Shown piece by piece: positions 1 through 13,277 of a stretch of DNA of 64,000 nt. Position numbers and translations under genes: made by a program. The notes below the pieces were generated by a model, which saw only the letters and a list, made by a program, of their open reading frames with translations, ran no database searches and was not told where the DNA came from. The number at the start of each line of letters is the position of its first letter. Position 1 is the first letter of the stretch. The stretch is from assembly GCF_000143415.4 (NCBI RefSeq), contig NW_003314343.1, forward strand, positions 56,855-120,854. Direction: 5' to 3'. This stretch comes from Selaginella moellendorffii. Taxonomy: Eukaryota; Plantae; Lycopodiophyta.

Positions 1-1069
1 AACTAGCCCTCTACTCTTTGCTACAACACCTCATACTCCACCAACTTTCTCCACCTCGCCTCCTGTTCCATTAACCTTCTCCACCACACCACCTTTCTCC
101 ATGGCCTCCACTTTACCAACACTCTTTTCATCAACAACTTCAATCCCACCACCTTTTTCATCCCCAGCTGTGCCATCATCTACTCCATTCTCTGGATTGG
201 TAGACCTCTTCACAGTGTTGCAGAATAGTGCTGGCATTTCTGCTACTGGAAACACTCTTCCACAGCAGTTGCCACCTTTCCTTGCCCCTGGCAATGCCCT
301 CACTAGCTCCTCGACTGAGGGACTTGGTAGGCTTGATGAGGCTCTTTCTGCCATCCTTGAATGCTCAATCAAGGAATTCATGAACGAGTTCAAGTCTCTG
401 AATCAAACTCACAAGGCTGTGAAGAGATTGACTCAGCTCCGTGATAACCCTCAAGACCTTCGCATTCATGTGCCAAAGCTTGAGGTGTCCTCTCACGGTC
501 AGGAACTTCTTGATGCCAGCATCAAAGCAATCCATGAACAATACTTGAAGGACAGCAACAGTCTTATACCAGAGTTTCGGGTTCCCAACCCAAACTTTGA
601 TCCTCCCCCTGCTTCCTGGCACATGGAGTCACGAGTTTCCCGCATTCGAGAGCACCTTCTCCAACGTCTTTCCTGTTGTAAAAGACCTCGATCTTTTCTA
701 AGAGGATGGAGACGTGATGCAGTCCTTGCGCTGTGACACGATCATAGTATTGTGATTAAGCCAGCCGACAAAAACCTCGGCATAGTTGTTCTGGACCGCA
801 TGTGGTACATTCAAGAGGCTATGTGCCAACTCAATGATCCTCTTGTCTACAAGAGAGTTGAGTCGATTCCACATCAACCCATGCATGAGCGCCTCCTTGA
901 ACTTCTCCTGAAGTATAAATCTTGCTCATGGCTCGACAAGAACACAGCCAAGTACCTTGCCACTTTGCCCTCACCTCCACGTAAAGCTTGTTTGTTGTAT
1001 TTTCTTCCGAAAATACACAAGCAGCCAATTCATGGGAGACCAATTGCTAGCTATGTTGGCTATATTTGG
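1..1069 (+). mobile_element. Penelope-like retroelement fragment (N-terminal region and start of RT), 3'-truncated
   Basis: ORF 752-1081 has IKPADKNLGIVVLDR..Y and LYFLPKIHKQPIHGRPI, the typical pre-RT/RT start motifs of Penelope-like elements. Upstream ORF 101-736 is a broken N-terminal part. The element ends at telomeric repeats. Confidence 0.7.
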
Positions 1070-1083
1070 TTTAGGGTTTAGGG
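1070..1083 (+). repeat. Interstitial telomeric repeat (TTTAGGG)2 at the truncation junction
   Basis: tttagggtttaggg directly after the truncated RT. Confidence 0.8.
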
Positions 1084-1115
1084 CAGAGCAGGACGTTTGT
1101 ATGGTAGTACAAGAG

Positions 1116-4100
1116 TCTAATAAGAGTTGCAGCTCAATTTCCATCTACGTTTAGAACACACAAATCACCCTTTGTGCTAATTGAGCTTTTGCCAAATAAA
1201 GTAATTGAGAGGCTTTACACTATAAACATGGAACAGAGAGATATAAAGCTTGCTGCTAGGTGTAGGCATCAGTTTTGGAGACACTTTTACCGTCATTTTG
1301 ATCTCTAAAGAATTAAAACATGTTAAGAGATATTAATAAAAGGTTTTGCTAAAAAGGTGAAATAGCCTTAGACAGTCCCAAAAATTCTAAAATATATTGC
1401 AAAGCTCAAAAATCTATCATACAAACTCAAAGACTTATATTAACCATAACCACCCATTGGTGAAGAGGGTAGGGAGAAATTTGTCATGAAAAGAAATTTT
1501 TGTCTAAATCTGAAGCAAAGTTTTCCATAAATTAACTATCACATGTTTGAAAAGCTACCTAATATCATTCCACAAGCAAATTAATCTATGATAGGCTATT
1601 ATGCACTAGATATTTTAACTCTTGTGTTGGTTCCATAGGGCAATTTCACATAATGGTCTCCACGCCCCGTTCAAATTAGTCTTTAATGTTGATCCAATTT
1701 GCCCAAAATTTACTAAGAGCAATAGGCCATTCTTTCTAATTCCACAGTTGTAAAGGTAAGGTTGGCTATAAGTCAAAGGGTAAGATCTATTGTGAAGTAG
1801 GGAAACTACTCCAGAATTCACTATCATGCGCTAAAGACCTTACATTGAATTAATCATAACTATATTAGGCATGGGCCAAAAGGGGAGAGATTAAGGATTG
1901 ATGACCCTCCACTATCCTAATAGAAGTTGAATGGGGAATTAGGGTAGATAAAATAAAAATGTTTACTAGCAATCCACCACACCTATCAGAATATACATTT
2001 TGCTTATAGACCCTAACGAAAGTTAGTTAATCCCCACTCTGTGTAACTAGATAAAAGTATAAGAAAGCAAAAATTATACTATCTTGTGTGCCAAACTAGG
2101 CCAGCAAATGATAGATTTAGCAAAATTATATAAAAAGCTGGACAAATTACTAAGTAAAATACTTGATAATATTTTGCTCAAGGTATACAGAAGTTTGACT
2201 TCTAGTACCTTTACTATTGTTAAAAAATGTGTGCTAATATACTTAGATTATTTTGTAGGTACACAGTGTAAGTGAGACTTATATCTGTGGAGTTACCTTC
2301 AAAAAAAGAAAATAGTACCAGGATTCATCCTAGATAGAGAGATAGTTTGCCTATCTGAGATAGATGCAAATCCTGAGTATTATAACATGCAAAGGATTTA
2401 TAAATTTTTGCCTAGTAGACAATTGCTAAAATTTTATGCAATCTTAGGCATATTGTAGGAACTTTAATGGTCCATAATAAAGGTTGGATACCCATTGGCA
2501 AAAATACATTTGTTGATAATTGGGCTAATAGACATTGGATCATTTTCGAATCTAGATTGATAGGCAACAAAAGTTTGTGGAGTAAAAATCTCTGAAGGTG
2601 GACACACCTAAGCAAAATAGATACGTTGTAAAAAATAACATTTATTTCTCGAGAAATTTCTAAGACTTTCATATAGGAAATGTCTTGGATATTTAGCCTC
2701 TAAAGGAAACCCATCCCCATTTCAAAATTAATTAGAAAGCTAGTGTAAGCAATTAATTTTTTTATCTTACTTTAGTCACTTAATCATAGCTTTGACCATA
2801 TGAAAGAGTTTCACTCTCAACCTCCATAAGTCCTATTCCAGACTTAGGGACTTGTTAGCCCCAAGAATGGCATCTATGCCACTCAACTATTGCATTTGCA
2901 CTCACCTTGGGTGATCCACCTTGGATCACCCAAGTGATCCACATGTCAGATCCCATGACTGATACCCAAAGGTACCATTAACATATCAGCCCGTTATGCT
3001 AAAGCTATGCTCATCCACCTTTGTCAAACTGGTGGTCCGACACCATTTGCATCACAGTCCCGTCTTTCAAAGACTGGGCCATCTATGCATGACTGATCAT
3101 CCTAGATCCACTCTTTAGCATCCTTAGAATGCCTATAGATATGAGGAACAATCTTCCCCAATATCCCTTTTTCGGTCCCCACTAAGTCCCTTTCCGTCCA
3201 TAGCCCACTGAGTCAAACCCCACAGGCCCAACCACTATGTTTTACTAACCTCTGGGACTTCCTTGTTATATGATAACATCCTTGGTCACCACACAAGTGG
3301 ACTACTCCTCTCCCTTTCCATAGTCTAGGATTCTGGGATGACATTTCAAAACATTGCGGCCATATACGAGCTTCATGGGTACGCTTCCCACCATCTGCCT
3401 TTGGGTGCCCTAGCTAGGTGGCTAGAGCAAGGTTCTAATGAGCTATGCCAAGTATCCAAGTAAGTAGTTCCACCCACACTTGGACTGGGAGTATGACCAT
3501 TCGATCTCTTGGGGGAGCTAAAGCCAGCTTTTGAACACTTCACCAAACTACCCTATTTCTCTGTCTATATTCACTCTAGCTTTGGACTTCCTAGTAGTTA
3601 TATCATCACCCAACATATGGGTAGAGCCTTCTTGGGCCACATTGGTATTTCCTAGCCAAATTGATTCCACTCGAGTCCAACCCCCACCCTCCCCTCGGGG
3701 GATGATCACTTTGGGCTTTCACCCAACAGCCTGTATTAGTATTTAGACTCAGACTCGGACTCGAACTCGGACTCGAACTTGAACTCGAACTCGGTCTCGG
3801 TCTCGGTCTCCATCTCAATCTTGGTCTTGGTTCCATCTCGGACTTGGACTTGGACTTGGTCTCGGTCTTGGTCTCAGTCTCGGTCTCAGTTCCATCTTGG
3901 ACTCCATCTCGGGTCCATCTTAGACTCAATCTTAGACTCCATCTCGGACTCCATCTCAGACTCCATCTTGGAAAGAGCTTCAACCTCCACCCTGTTAATG
4001 TGTCCAAAAACGCCCCTTTGCTAACAACTCCACACCATCTAGTGGTCTAAAGATATATCAGGAGCAATTGGATCAATGAGTGATTGAGGCAGCCCCTTCA

Positions 4101-5388
4101 TCAAGGAAAGGCAAAGCATTAGCTTCATAAGTCAACACCATTTTTGTAGCCAAGGAACTCTATAGAAAACAGCAAAAAGCTGCAACCACTTGAGCCCAAG
4201 CGAAGAAAAAGGCAGAAGAAGAAGACTCCATCTCGGGTCCATCTTGAATTCCATCTCAGATCCATCTCGGACTTCATCTTGGGTCCATCTCGGATTCCAT
4301 CTCGGACTCCATCTCGAGTCCATCTTGGACTCAGACTCAGACATGGACTCGGACTCGGACTTGGTCTTGGTCTCAGTCTTAGAGTTCATCTCAAACTCCG
4401 TCTCAGACTCCATCTCGGGTCCATCTCAGACTCCATCTCTAGTCTATCTCAAACTTCATCTCGGACTTAGATTCGGACTCAAACTTGGACACAGACTCAG
4501 ACTCAGTCTTAGTCTCGATCTCGGTCTCGGTCTAGGTTTTAGACTCCATCTCGAACTCCATCTCAGACTCTATCTCGGGTCCATCTCAGACTCCATCTCG
4601 AACTCCATCTCAGACTCTATCTCGGGTCCATCTCGGACTCCATCTTGGACTCCATCTCGGACTATATTTTAGGTCTATCTTGGACTCCATCTCAAACTCC
4701 ATCTCTGGTCCATCTTGTACTCTATCTCGGATTCCATCTTGGACTCTATCTCAGGTCACACTTCTATGTGTCATGTGTTGGTCTTCTTGTGTCCCTTTTC
4801 TAGAGACTCACTTATTGCTCACTTCGTGCTCGTTTCTTAAGCACTTCATTGAGAGTTTCACTCCTGCTTTCAACTTTTCAAGTCGGAGCGTTTAATCCAA
4901 ACGTGTTACTCTTATTTGGCTTCCGCTTCAGCCACTACCACATGGCACCCTTTTGGCTCCATTTTTGGGGTTCTAGGATTTGTGTGTCACAGCTAGGTGC
5001 TTATTTATAAGAGTGACTGATAAGCCAATTTATAAGGGAAATACATTGCATACCAAAACCCTGTATCACTCACTTCACAAACAAGGCATAATAATTAGGC
5101 CTGCCATAGTAGCAATGCCAACAGACTTTGAAATATATAGGCATAGACTAACAATTGATTTTATCTATAAAGCTTTAGAAGCCATAGTCTTTATGCATAT
5201 AATTGTCACTGCTTATACCAAACAAGGTAATAGATATACAATATTTCCCTCACAATCTGATGAGCAGAAGGTAGTCTGAAAAGAAGTATTCCCAAGATCT
5301 TGAACAAGATTACAAAACATGATATTTGCGATTTTAACCTCCTTTTAAAACAGACTAAATCTTTGCTCAACCAAGCTAGAGAAAATGA
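1116..5388 (+). mobile_element. Gypsy family A fragment (long LTR/5' region)
   Basis: Near-identical to ~35425-38628, with an extra ~1.1 kb at ~1940-3053. That second copy continues into gag-pol. Confidence 0.65.
3745..4760. repeat. Hexamer/dodecamer tandem repeat tract (GACTCG / GACTCCATCTCG) in the family A LTR region
   Basis: Visible tandem units. Homologous tracts at ~9670-10880 and ~36970-38000. Confidence 0.85.
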
Positions 5389-6970
5389 CTTACCCAATCG
5401 GTCTGGTCTCCCGAGACATAGCATCGCAAATAATCCTCTAGCTGCCTATTCACCCTTTCCGTTTGTCCGTCTGTGAAGAAGTGTTAGTGCCATCAAACTT
5501 GACTTAATACTCATTACCTGTCTATGGGTGATAGGCTGTGCTGAATTTCAACTTGGTGCGATACTGTTTCAGGAGTGTTCTCCAGAACCTACTGGTGAAG
5601 ATCTTATCTCGATCTGAGATAATCTCTTCTGGCCTTCCCCGCACTTGAATCAATTGTTCGAAGAACAGCTTCGCCACACCTTCCGCATCCACTTCCGTTG
5701 TGGTGGGTATGAAATATGCCATCTTCAAAAATCGATCCACCACCACGAATATCGCATCGAACCCCTCGCTTGGGAGGAGTCCCGTGATGAAGTCCATCGT
5801 AAGACATTTCCACGGATGATCTAGAATTGGGATGCTTTGCAACAAGCCCCCACTAGCCTTAGTCACGGCTTTGACCTGTTGACATGTTGGACATGTCTTT
5901 ACATAGTCTTGGACATCCTTAACCATATCTAGCCAGTGGTACTTCCTTTTGAGTAAGCCTATTGTCTTGGGCACTCCGCCGTGTCCCGCAAGAAGTCTGT
6001 CATGACACTCTTCTAAGGTTACCTTCCTTAGTTCCCCTTATGGAACATACACCCTCGTTTGCTTGTAATATATGAGTCTGTTGCGTTCCACATAGCCCGT
6101 TTTCTCTTCCGTTGGCAGCTCACCTCTCTAGTGAGCTTCCCGTGCCTCTAGATTCCTCAGCAAAACTTCTTGTGCTAGACCATCGTTCTCATATGCGGTC
6201 CGCACATCATCCCAAAAGGTTGCTGTCGCGCTGGATACCCTAAACTTCAAGCTCGCTTTTCGACTTAGCGCATCTGCCGTGATGTTACTCTTCCCAGGCT
6301 TGTACAGAATCTCGCAATCAAACTCGGCCAAAGCATTGGCCCACCAACCTTGTTTCCCTCTCAGGTCGGGCTGTGACAAGAAGTGTTTCGTTGCCACATT
6401 GTCCGTGTAAACCTTGAAGTGTTTCCCAAGGTAGTGTCGCCACTCCTTGAGCGCCTTGACCATCGCAAACAATCCCTTCTCATGGGCAAACCACTTCCAT
6501 TAAGCCTTATCCAACTTCTTCGAGAAGAACGCTACTGGATGGTTGTCTTGCTTCAATACTGCGTCCAACGCAAATTCTGAAGCGTCCGTTTGTACCTCAA
6601 AGTCCTTACCAAAGTCTGGTAACGCCAACACGGGAGCCTTCCTCAACTTCCCTTTGAGGTGGATAAATGCCACCTCGCATTCCGCTGTCCATACCATTTT
6701 CCCTTTTCCCGTTTGGTCCGTTAAGGGTAGAGCTACTCTCGAATAGTGTTTGATAAACTTTCGGTAGTAGTTGCATAGCTCCAAGAACGCCCTCAACTCA
6801 TGTACATTCGATGGTCGCTCCCATTCCTAGATCTCTTGGACCTTTTCTGGGTCCACCTTGAGCCCGTTGTGGCCCACCACATGCCCGAGAAACTTTACCT
6901 GTTGTTGAGCAAAGTCACATTTGCTCTCTTTAGCATACAGTTTGTGTTCCTTTAGTTTCTCAAACACCTT
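5389..6970 (-). pseudogene. Gypsy pol remnant (RT C-terminus, RNase H, integrase)
   Basis: ORFs 6500-6796, 6128-6472 and 5522-5974 carry RH/INT motifs, interrupted by stops. Confidence 0.9.
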
Positions 6971-6974
6971 GTTT

Positions 6975-8029
6975 GTGGGTTTGACTCTTTTTGCTTGACT
7001 CCTCCACGTACTTGCTCGCTGGCCGCCGGATTTGCCTTTCCGGAACTCTGAGGATTCATTCTTAGAGAAACTCTTCTTGAATTTCCCTCTACTATACGTT
7101 CCCCTTGGTTTGGCCCCTTTGCTAAATTTGGACCCTGACCCCGTCGTGTTCCCCTTTCGCAGGTTATCGTTGAAATGCATCTTGATGGCTGCATCCAACA
7201 TTTCCTTGTAGTTGGTTGGGTTCCAATGCATCACCTCACCGCGAGCCCAGGTTTGCAAACCTGATATGAAGGCATGGAACGCATCCGTATCCCCCATGTC
7301 CGTGACAAGTATCCTCTTTGCCATAAACCCATTCACATACTCCTGAATGGTTCCGGTCTGCTTCAACCTACTCAGCTCGTCCCTTAGATGCAGAGTAGCA
7401 TTCGGAGGAACGTAAGTCGCGCAGATCCTCGCCTTCATCATTTCCCAAGTGGCCACCAGTCCTTCGTTGGCATCCGTCGTTCTCCACCAAGACTTGGCAT
7501 TATCTGCCAAGTATGGTTTTTCACATGGGACCTTCTCCGAGCTTGGTAACCGTAACGCTCAGAAGTAGTCCTCCATATCGTAAAACCAATCCTCCACCAC
7601 CTTATAGTCATTCACTCCTTTGAAGACCGGTGGGGGCTTTGGTTTGTACTTGGGAACTGCCTGAGGGATTGATTCCACTTCGGTTTGTTCGACCTTGTTT
7701 GGTTATACCTCAGTCCCTACCAAAGGGTCCGCACTCTCTGCGCTGCCAGAATCTGCAGTCTTTCGCTTTTTCTTCCGCTTCTCATCACGCTTTAGCTTCC
7801 GTACAAGAGTCTCTTGCAAGGCATTGGTTTGTGCCAATTGTCCTTCTAGAACGTCCAATCGAGCCTTGGACGACCGAACCTCGCCACTGGACTCTTGTTT
7901 GGAAGTTTCCTCACTAGAGTCCTCCTCATGCAAGGATTCCTCATCCATAGCCTCTTGTTTGACTGGAGGCTCCAGCTCTGGAAGAGGTTCCGTCTCCGTC
8001 TTGGTTCGTTTCCGCCCTGCCTTTGCCAT
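6975..8029 (-). pseudogene. Gypsy gag remnant
   Basis: ORFs 7703-8029 and 6827-7510: AKSWW...LKQTGTIQEYVNGF...FISGL (retrotransposon gag). Confidence 0.85.
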
Positions 8030-8072
8030 CTCCCAACAATCCCCCTCTATCCTTCACTAGAACTGAGGAAAA

Positions 8073-8086
8073 CGCTCCGATACTAA
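8073..8086 (-). promoter_or_regulatory. Primer-binding site (tRNA-iMet type variant)
   Basis: TAGTATCGGAGC on the minus strand a few nt after the LTR end, versus consensus TGGTATCAGAGC. Confidence 0.7.
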
Positions 8087-8088
8087 AT

Positions 8089-9188
8089 TGTAAGCCACAA
8101 ATTTTTTGTTTCCAATTTGCCAGCTTACCTCGTCTATCTGTCCAACACTGCCTTGGCTTTTGCTAAGTTCCCTCGCCAAGGTTCCCGCCTATGGTACCAG
8201 CTCCTACGTGGTCCTACTTGGTTTCAGCTACTCACTGCACGAGAAACAGAGCGTTAGCCATCCATCCACGGATTTCCAAATCTCTCCCAATCCCCCTCCC
8301 CGGGTTAGACTGGACTTAAGGTTCGGCTACACTCCCCGCAGGCACAAGCAGCCAAGCACACCAAGCCTCCAGGTTCCTAACACCCCTTGGTACCACAAGA
8401 CTTGATCATAGTACCCTCTAAATCCCAAGTCTTGGGTGCAGCACTTGCTTCGGGATACTAGGGCAAAACACCGTGGCCTAACGGCTTGGTATGGGTAACT
8501 TTACCCCCCAACTTCCATCCTGAAGGGAAGGCCCAAGCCCTTAAGAAGGGCGAGGACCAATGAGCCACAAGGTACTCAAGTGGGGCACCACTCCACATGA
8601 GCCGGGAGCACCGCAGTCGGTCTCCCTTTCGGGAGTGGGAGCTGCTCTTGAGCACTTCCTTGGGTGGCCCCTCTGGCACCACCCAAGTCCATGCTCACTC
8701 CCAGCCAAGGCCCCTCGACCCCAGTCTCAACCTCAAGTCAGTTTGGAAGCACCACTGGAGAGTTCCTTCAAGATTGGTTCCTGGACCTCACTATCCCTAC
8801 TATACTTTTGGAACCCCCTGCAGCCCCTCCCCCCCCTGGGAGACGCACGCTTTGGGCTTTCACCCCTTGACCCGTATTAGTACTTGGACTCGGTCTCGGA
8901 CTCGATCTCGGACTCAATCTCGGATCCGATCTCGGACTCAACTTCAGACTCGACCTCGGACTCGGTCTCGGACCCGATTTGGATCTCGGACTCTGTCTCG
9001 AACTCGTTCTTGAACTCGGTCTCCGATTTGGCCTCGGACTCGATCCCGGACTCTATCTTGAACTTGGTCTCAGAGTCGGTCTTGGACTCAATCTTCGACT
9101 CGGTCCCATCCGATAAACTCTTTGTCATTTTGATCATGCTTTCGGGGATCCTTTAGCCTACGACACCTTGGGGAGTTGGTTCCTTACA
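8089..9188 (-). repeat. 5' LTR of family B (1100 bp)
   Basis: TG...CA termini. Homologous to 17061-17932 (opposite strand) and ~41762-42625. Confidence 0.9.
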
Positions 9189-11373
9189 GTTATATGATAA
9201 CATCCCATGTCACCACACAAGTGGACTACTTCTCTTCCTTTCCATAGTCTGGGATTTTGGGATGACATTTTGAAACATTGCGGCCCTATGCGAGCTTCAT
9301 GGGTACACTTCCCACCATCTGCTTTTGGGTGCCCTAGCTAGGTGGCTAGAGCAAGGTTCCAATGAGCCACGCCAAGTATCCAAGTAAGTAGTTCCACCCA
9401 CACTTGGACTGAGAGTATGACCATTCGATCTCCTGGGGGAGCTAGAGTCAGCTTTTAAACACTTCACCAAACTACCCTATTTCTTTGTCTATATTTACTC
9501 TAGCCTTGGACTTCCTAGTAGTTATATCATCACCCAACATATGGGTAGAGCCTTCTTGGGCCACATTGGTATTTCCTAGCCAAATTGATTCCACTCGAGT
9601 CCAACCCCCACCCTCCCCTCAGGGGATGATCACTTTGGGCTTTCACCCAACAGCCTATATTAGTATATAGACTCGGACTCGGACTTGGACTCGGACTTGG
9701 ACTCGGACTTGGACTCGGACTCGTACTCGGACTTGGACTCGGACTTGGACTCGGACTCGGACTCGAACTTGAACTCGGACTCAGTCTCGGTCTCGGTCTC
9801 CATCTCAGTCTCGGTCTTGGTTCCATCTCGGACTTGGACTTGGACTTGGTCTCGGTCTCAGTTCCATCTTGGTCTCCATCTCGGGTCCATCTTAGACTCC
9901 ATCTCGGACTTCATCTTGGACTCCATCTTGGAAAGAGCTTCAACCTCCACCCTGTTAATGTGTCCAAAAATGCCCTTTTGCTAACAACTCCACACCATCT
10001 AGTGGTCTAAAGACATATCAGGAGCAATTGGATCAATGAGTGATTGAGGCAGCCCCTTCATCAAGGAAAGGCAAAGCATTAGCTTCATAAGTCAACACAA
10101 TTTTTTTAGCCAAGGAACTCTACAGACAACAGCAAAAAACTACAACCACTTGAGCCCAAGCAAAGAAAAAGGCAGAAAAAGAAGACTCCATCTCGGGTCC
10201 ATCTTGAATTCCATCTCAGGTCCATCTCAGGTCCATCTCGGACTCCATCTTGGGTCCATCTTTGATTCCATCTCAGACTCCATCTCGGACTCCATCTTGA
10301 GTCCATCTTGGACTCGGACTCGGATATGGAGTCGGACTTAGACTTGGTCTTGGTCTCGGTCTCAGTCTCAGAGTCCATCTCAAACTCTGTCTCAGACTCC
10401 ATCTCGAGTCCATCTCGGACTCCATCTCTAGTCTATGTCAAACTTCATCTTAGACTTAGACTCAGACTCAAACTCGGACACAGACTCAGACTCGGTCTTA
10501 GTCTCGATCTCGGTCTCGGTCTAGGTCTCAGACTCCATCTCGAACTCCATCTCAGACTCCATCTCGAACTCCATCTCAAACTTCATCTCAGACTTAGACT
10601 CAGACTCAAACTCGGACACAGACTCAGACTCGGTCTTAGTCTCGATCTCGGTCTCGGTCTAGGTCTCAAACTCCATCTCGAACTCCATCTTAGACTCCAT
10701 CTCGAACTCCATCTCAGACTCCATCTCGGGTCCATCTTGAACTCCATCTCGGACTCTATCTTGGACTCCATCTCGGACTATATTTTAGGTCTATCTTGGA
10801 CTCCATCTCAAACTCCATCTCCGGTCCATCTTAGACTCTATTTTGGGTTCATCTTGGATTCCATCTTGGACTCTATCTCAGGTCACACTTCTATGTGTCA
10901 TGTGTTGGTCTTCTTGTATCCCTTTTCTAGAGACTCACTTATTGCTCACTTCGTGCTCGTTTCTTAAGCACTTCATTGAGAGTTTCACTCTCGCTTTTGA
11001 CTTTTCAAGTCGGAGCGTTTAATCCAAACGTGTTACTCTTATTTGGCTTCCGCTTCAGCCACTACCACATGGCACCCTTTTGGCTCCACTTTTGGGGTTC
11101 TAGGATTTGTGTGTCACAGCTAGGTGCTTATTTATAAGAGTGACTGATAAGCCAATTTATAAGGGAAATACATTGCATACTAAAACCCTGTATCACTCAC
11201 TTCACAAACAAGGCATAATAACTAGGCCTGCCATAGTAGCAATGCCAACAGACTTTGAAATATATAGGCATAGACCAACAATTGATTTTATCTATAAAGC
11301 TTTAGAAGCCATAGTCTTTATGCATATAATTGTCACTGTTTATACCAAACAAGGTAATAGATATATAATATTT
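9189..11373 (+). mobile_element. Second family A LTR-region fragment
   Basis: Diverged duplicate of ~3266-5250. Confidence 0.75.
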
Positions 11374-13277
11374 CCCCGCAAGTTCCCACGCAGACCCACT
11401 GTGTATGCTGTGATCCCCTGTTGCTCATCTTTGACCACTCTACGATACTAACACTGCTTCTAGTATGCTCAAAACCGGGTGATGTAGTCAGGAACAAACT
11501 CGTGAGCACCCTGTCGGAACGAAAAGAGGTCGACAAGTAGCTGATTTGTGGGTTTTTCTTCAACGAAGCGTTCTCTGAAGGAAGCAAGTAGTGTCTGGAA
11601 GTTTGTTCAGTCCTTTGGGAGGAGAGAATCTGCCCAAGTTGCTGCTTTGCCTTCACAAGACTGCAAGAAGTCACAGAACATACGATCATCATCGACGATC
11701 ATGTTTGTGGTGTAATAGTAATCAAAGCAACTGATATGCGATGTTGGAGAGATTGTTCCAATACCTGAGAAGGTCGGCAGATCACTCCCCCTCTGCAGAA
11801 CATGGAGCTGAGGTCGAGCTAAATGTGGCTGCGCCATAGCTTGTAGATCTAACTCACTGGAATCTACCGAGGATGAAGAGGACTCGGCCTGAAATGGGGT
11901 AGTGTCGTACTTGAGCTGCCTTTGGATGTTAGAAAGTTTACTCCGTACCTTAGGGCCTTGAGGTATGGTAAAAGGGTGCCAATTTGTTGTATGTCTAGTT
12001 TGTACCAGCATCAAATACCCTAAACACTGCAAATGCCCGGTTAAGGCAATTGGGTTGACAGGAGTAAGAAGACTGTAGGCGAGTGCTCAAGTTCCTCAAA
12101 GTTGCCCCAAAATGCTTGTGATGAAGAGAAATAAGGGTGAAAATGGAAGGAGATGTAGGCCTCAAGGTCACATAACCGTTGACTCGTAGGGTAACCGGCA
12201 CAGTAGCCGCTGGAGTAACTGGTAACGAGTAACCGGGTACCCGCAACCTATAACCGGTAATCCCTGCTTTCACTCCTACTCCTGCGCCTACTCCAACACC
12301 AACTCCTATCTCTGCACTTGTTCCTACGCCAACCCTTATTCTTGCTTCCCCAGTTCCTGTTTCTACTCTTACCTGTTCCTTGAAGATTGCTTTGTTCCCA
12401 AGTAACCTCCAACAAAGTTTAGCCCAAAAGAGAAAAATGAGTCCTCTAGTCTTGATCCTTTTGACTGTTGGTGGGCTCGCAAGAATTTGTGAAGAAGCCG
12501 CCTCAATATCCCATGAAATCCACGAAGTGTTAGCCTAGAACGCCAATATTATGGAAAAATATGTGCATGTCACAGATGTAGATCGATACTAAGGCGCTGT
12601 TGGCATTTTCAGAAATCCTAGGACCATGAGCACCTCTAGAAACAAACGGCAACCAAAACAAAGCCCAGAGGAGCACAAATTCCTACTACAAAGATGACCC
12701 AATCTAGCCAGAGAAGAAAATCCTTTTGCATGCCGTCAATTTGGCCAAATCTAGCGCCAAGAATCACCACTTCTCGTAGATCTAGGCTAGATCTACAAGC
12801 CCAAGTGCACTACCTTGAGAAATTGGGCTGAGGATCCAGGCAAGAAAGTGAAAACCCTAAAATGTTCCTCCGACCGAGCCAAGAAACGTTGTATCTCTTC
12901 AAATACTACACGGCTTGATGAGCGCCATACCTTGCTGGAAAGAGGAGCTTCAAATCTATCCAACAAGCCTAAGATCAAACAAAACCACTGCAAAACAAAC
13001 AAGGAATTCCTTCCCAAATTCTGCGGCCAAAAGAAAAAGAGAGAAATGACACCTAAAAAGTGTTGTGCATCACGCCGGGTTCACCATTTGTTGGGGGAAG
13101 GAGGGGCACCTCCCCGAACACTCACTCAAACACGAGAAATGCTTCCATGCTCTATACAAAAATGCCCCCCCTTGCCCTTGTGGGGCAAGGGTTTTATAAA
13201 GTAAGATAGGGAATATTTTGAGGATCAGAATATTCCCTCTCTTGCTCTCTCACTCTCTCAATGGCCACGCCCTAACA
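11374..13277 (-). mobile_element. Putative LTR retroelement C (5' end plus gag remnant)
   Basis: Minus strand starts TGTTAGGG, followed by a TATA-like TTTATAAAA. ORF 11607-12032 has gag-like LPTFSG...FLQSCEGKAATW. Confidence 0.5.

Larger units (their letters stand above)
5389..9188 (-). mobile_element. Ty3/Gypsy family B element, 5' half (LTR-PBS-gag-deleted pol), truncated in integrase
   Basis: LTR TGTAAGG...GGCTTACA, PBS, gag ORFs, RNase H (VQTDASEFAL) and integrase (CPTCQQVK, LTMDFITGL, IISDRD, FSTAYHP). Confidence 0.9.

Noticed and set aside
3600-4900. SDSDS/LGLRL/PSPS-rich ORFs (also ~8600-10970, ~36800-38140, ~42300-42570)
   Set aside because: These are translation artefacts of hexamer repeats in LTRs, open in several frames on both strands.
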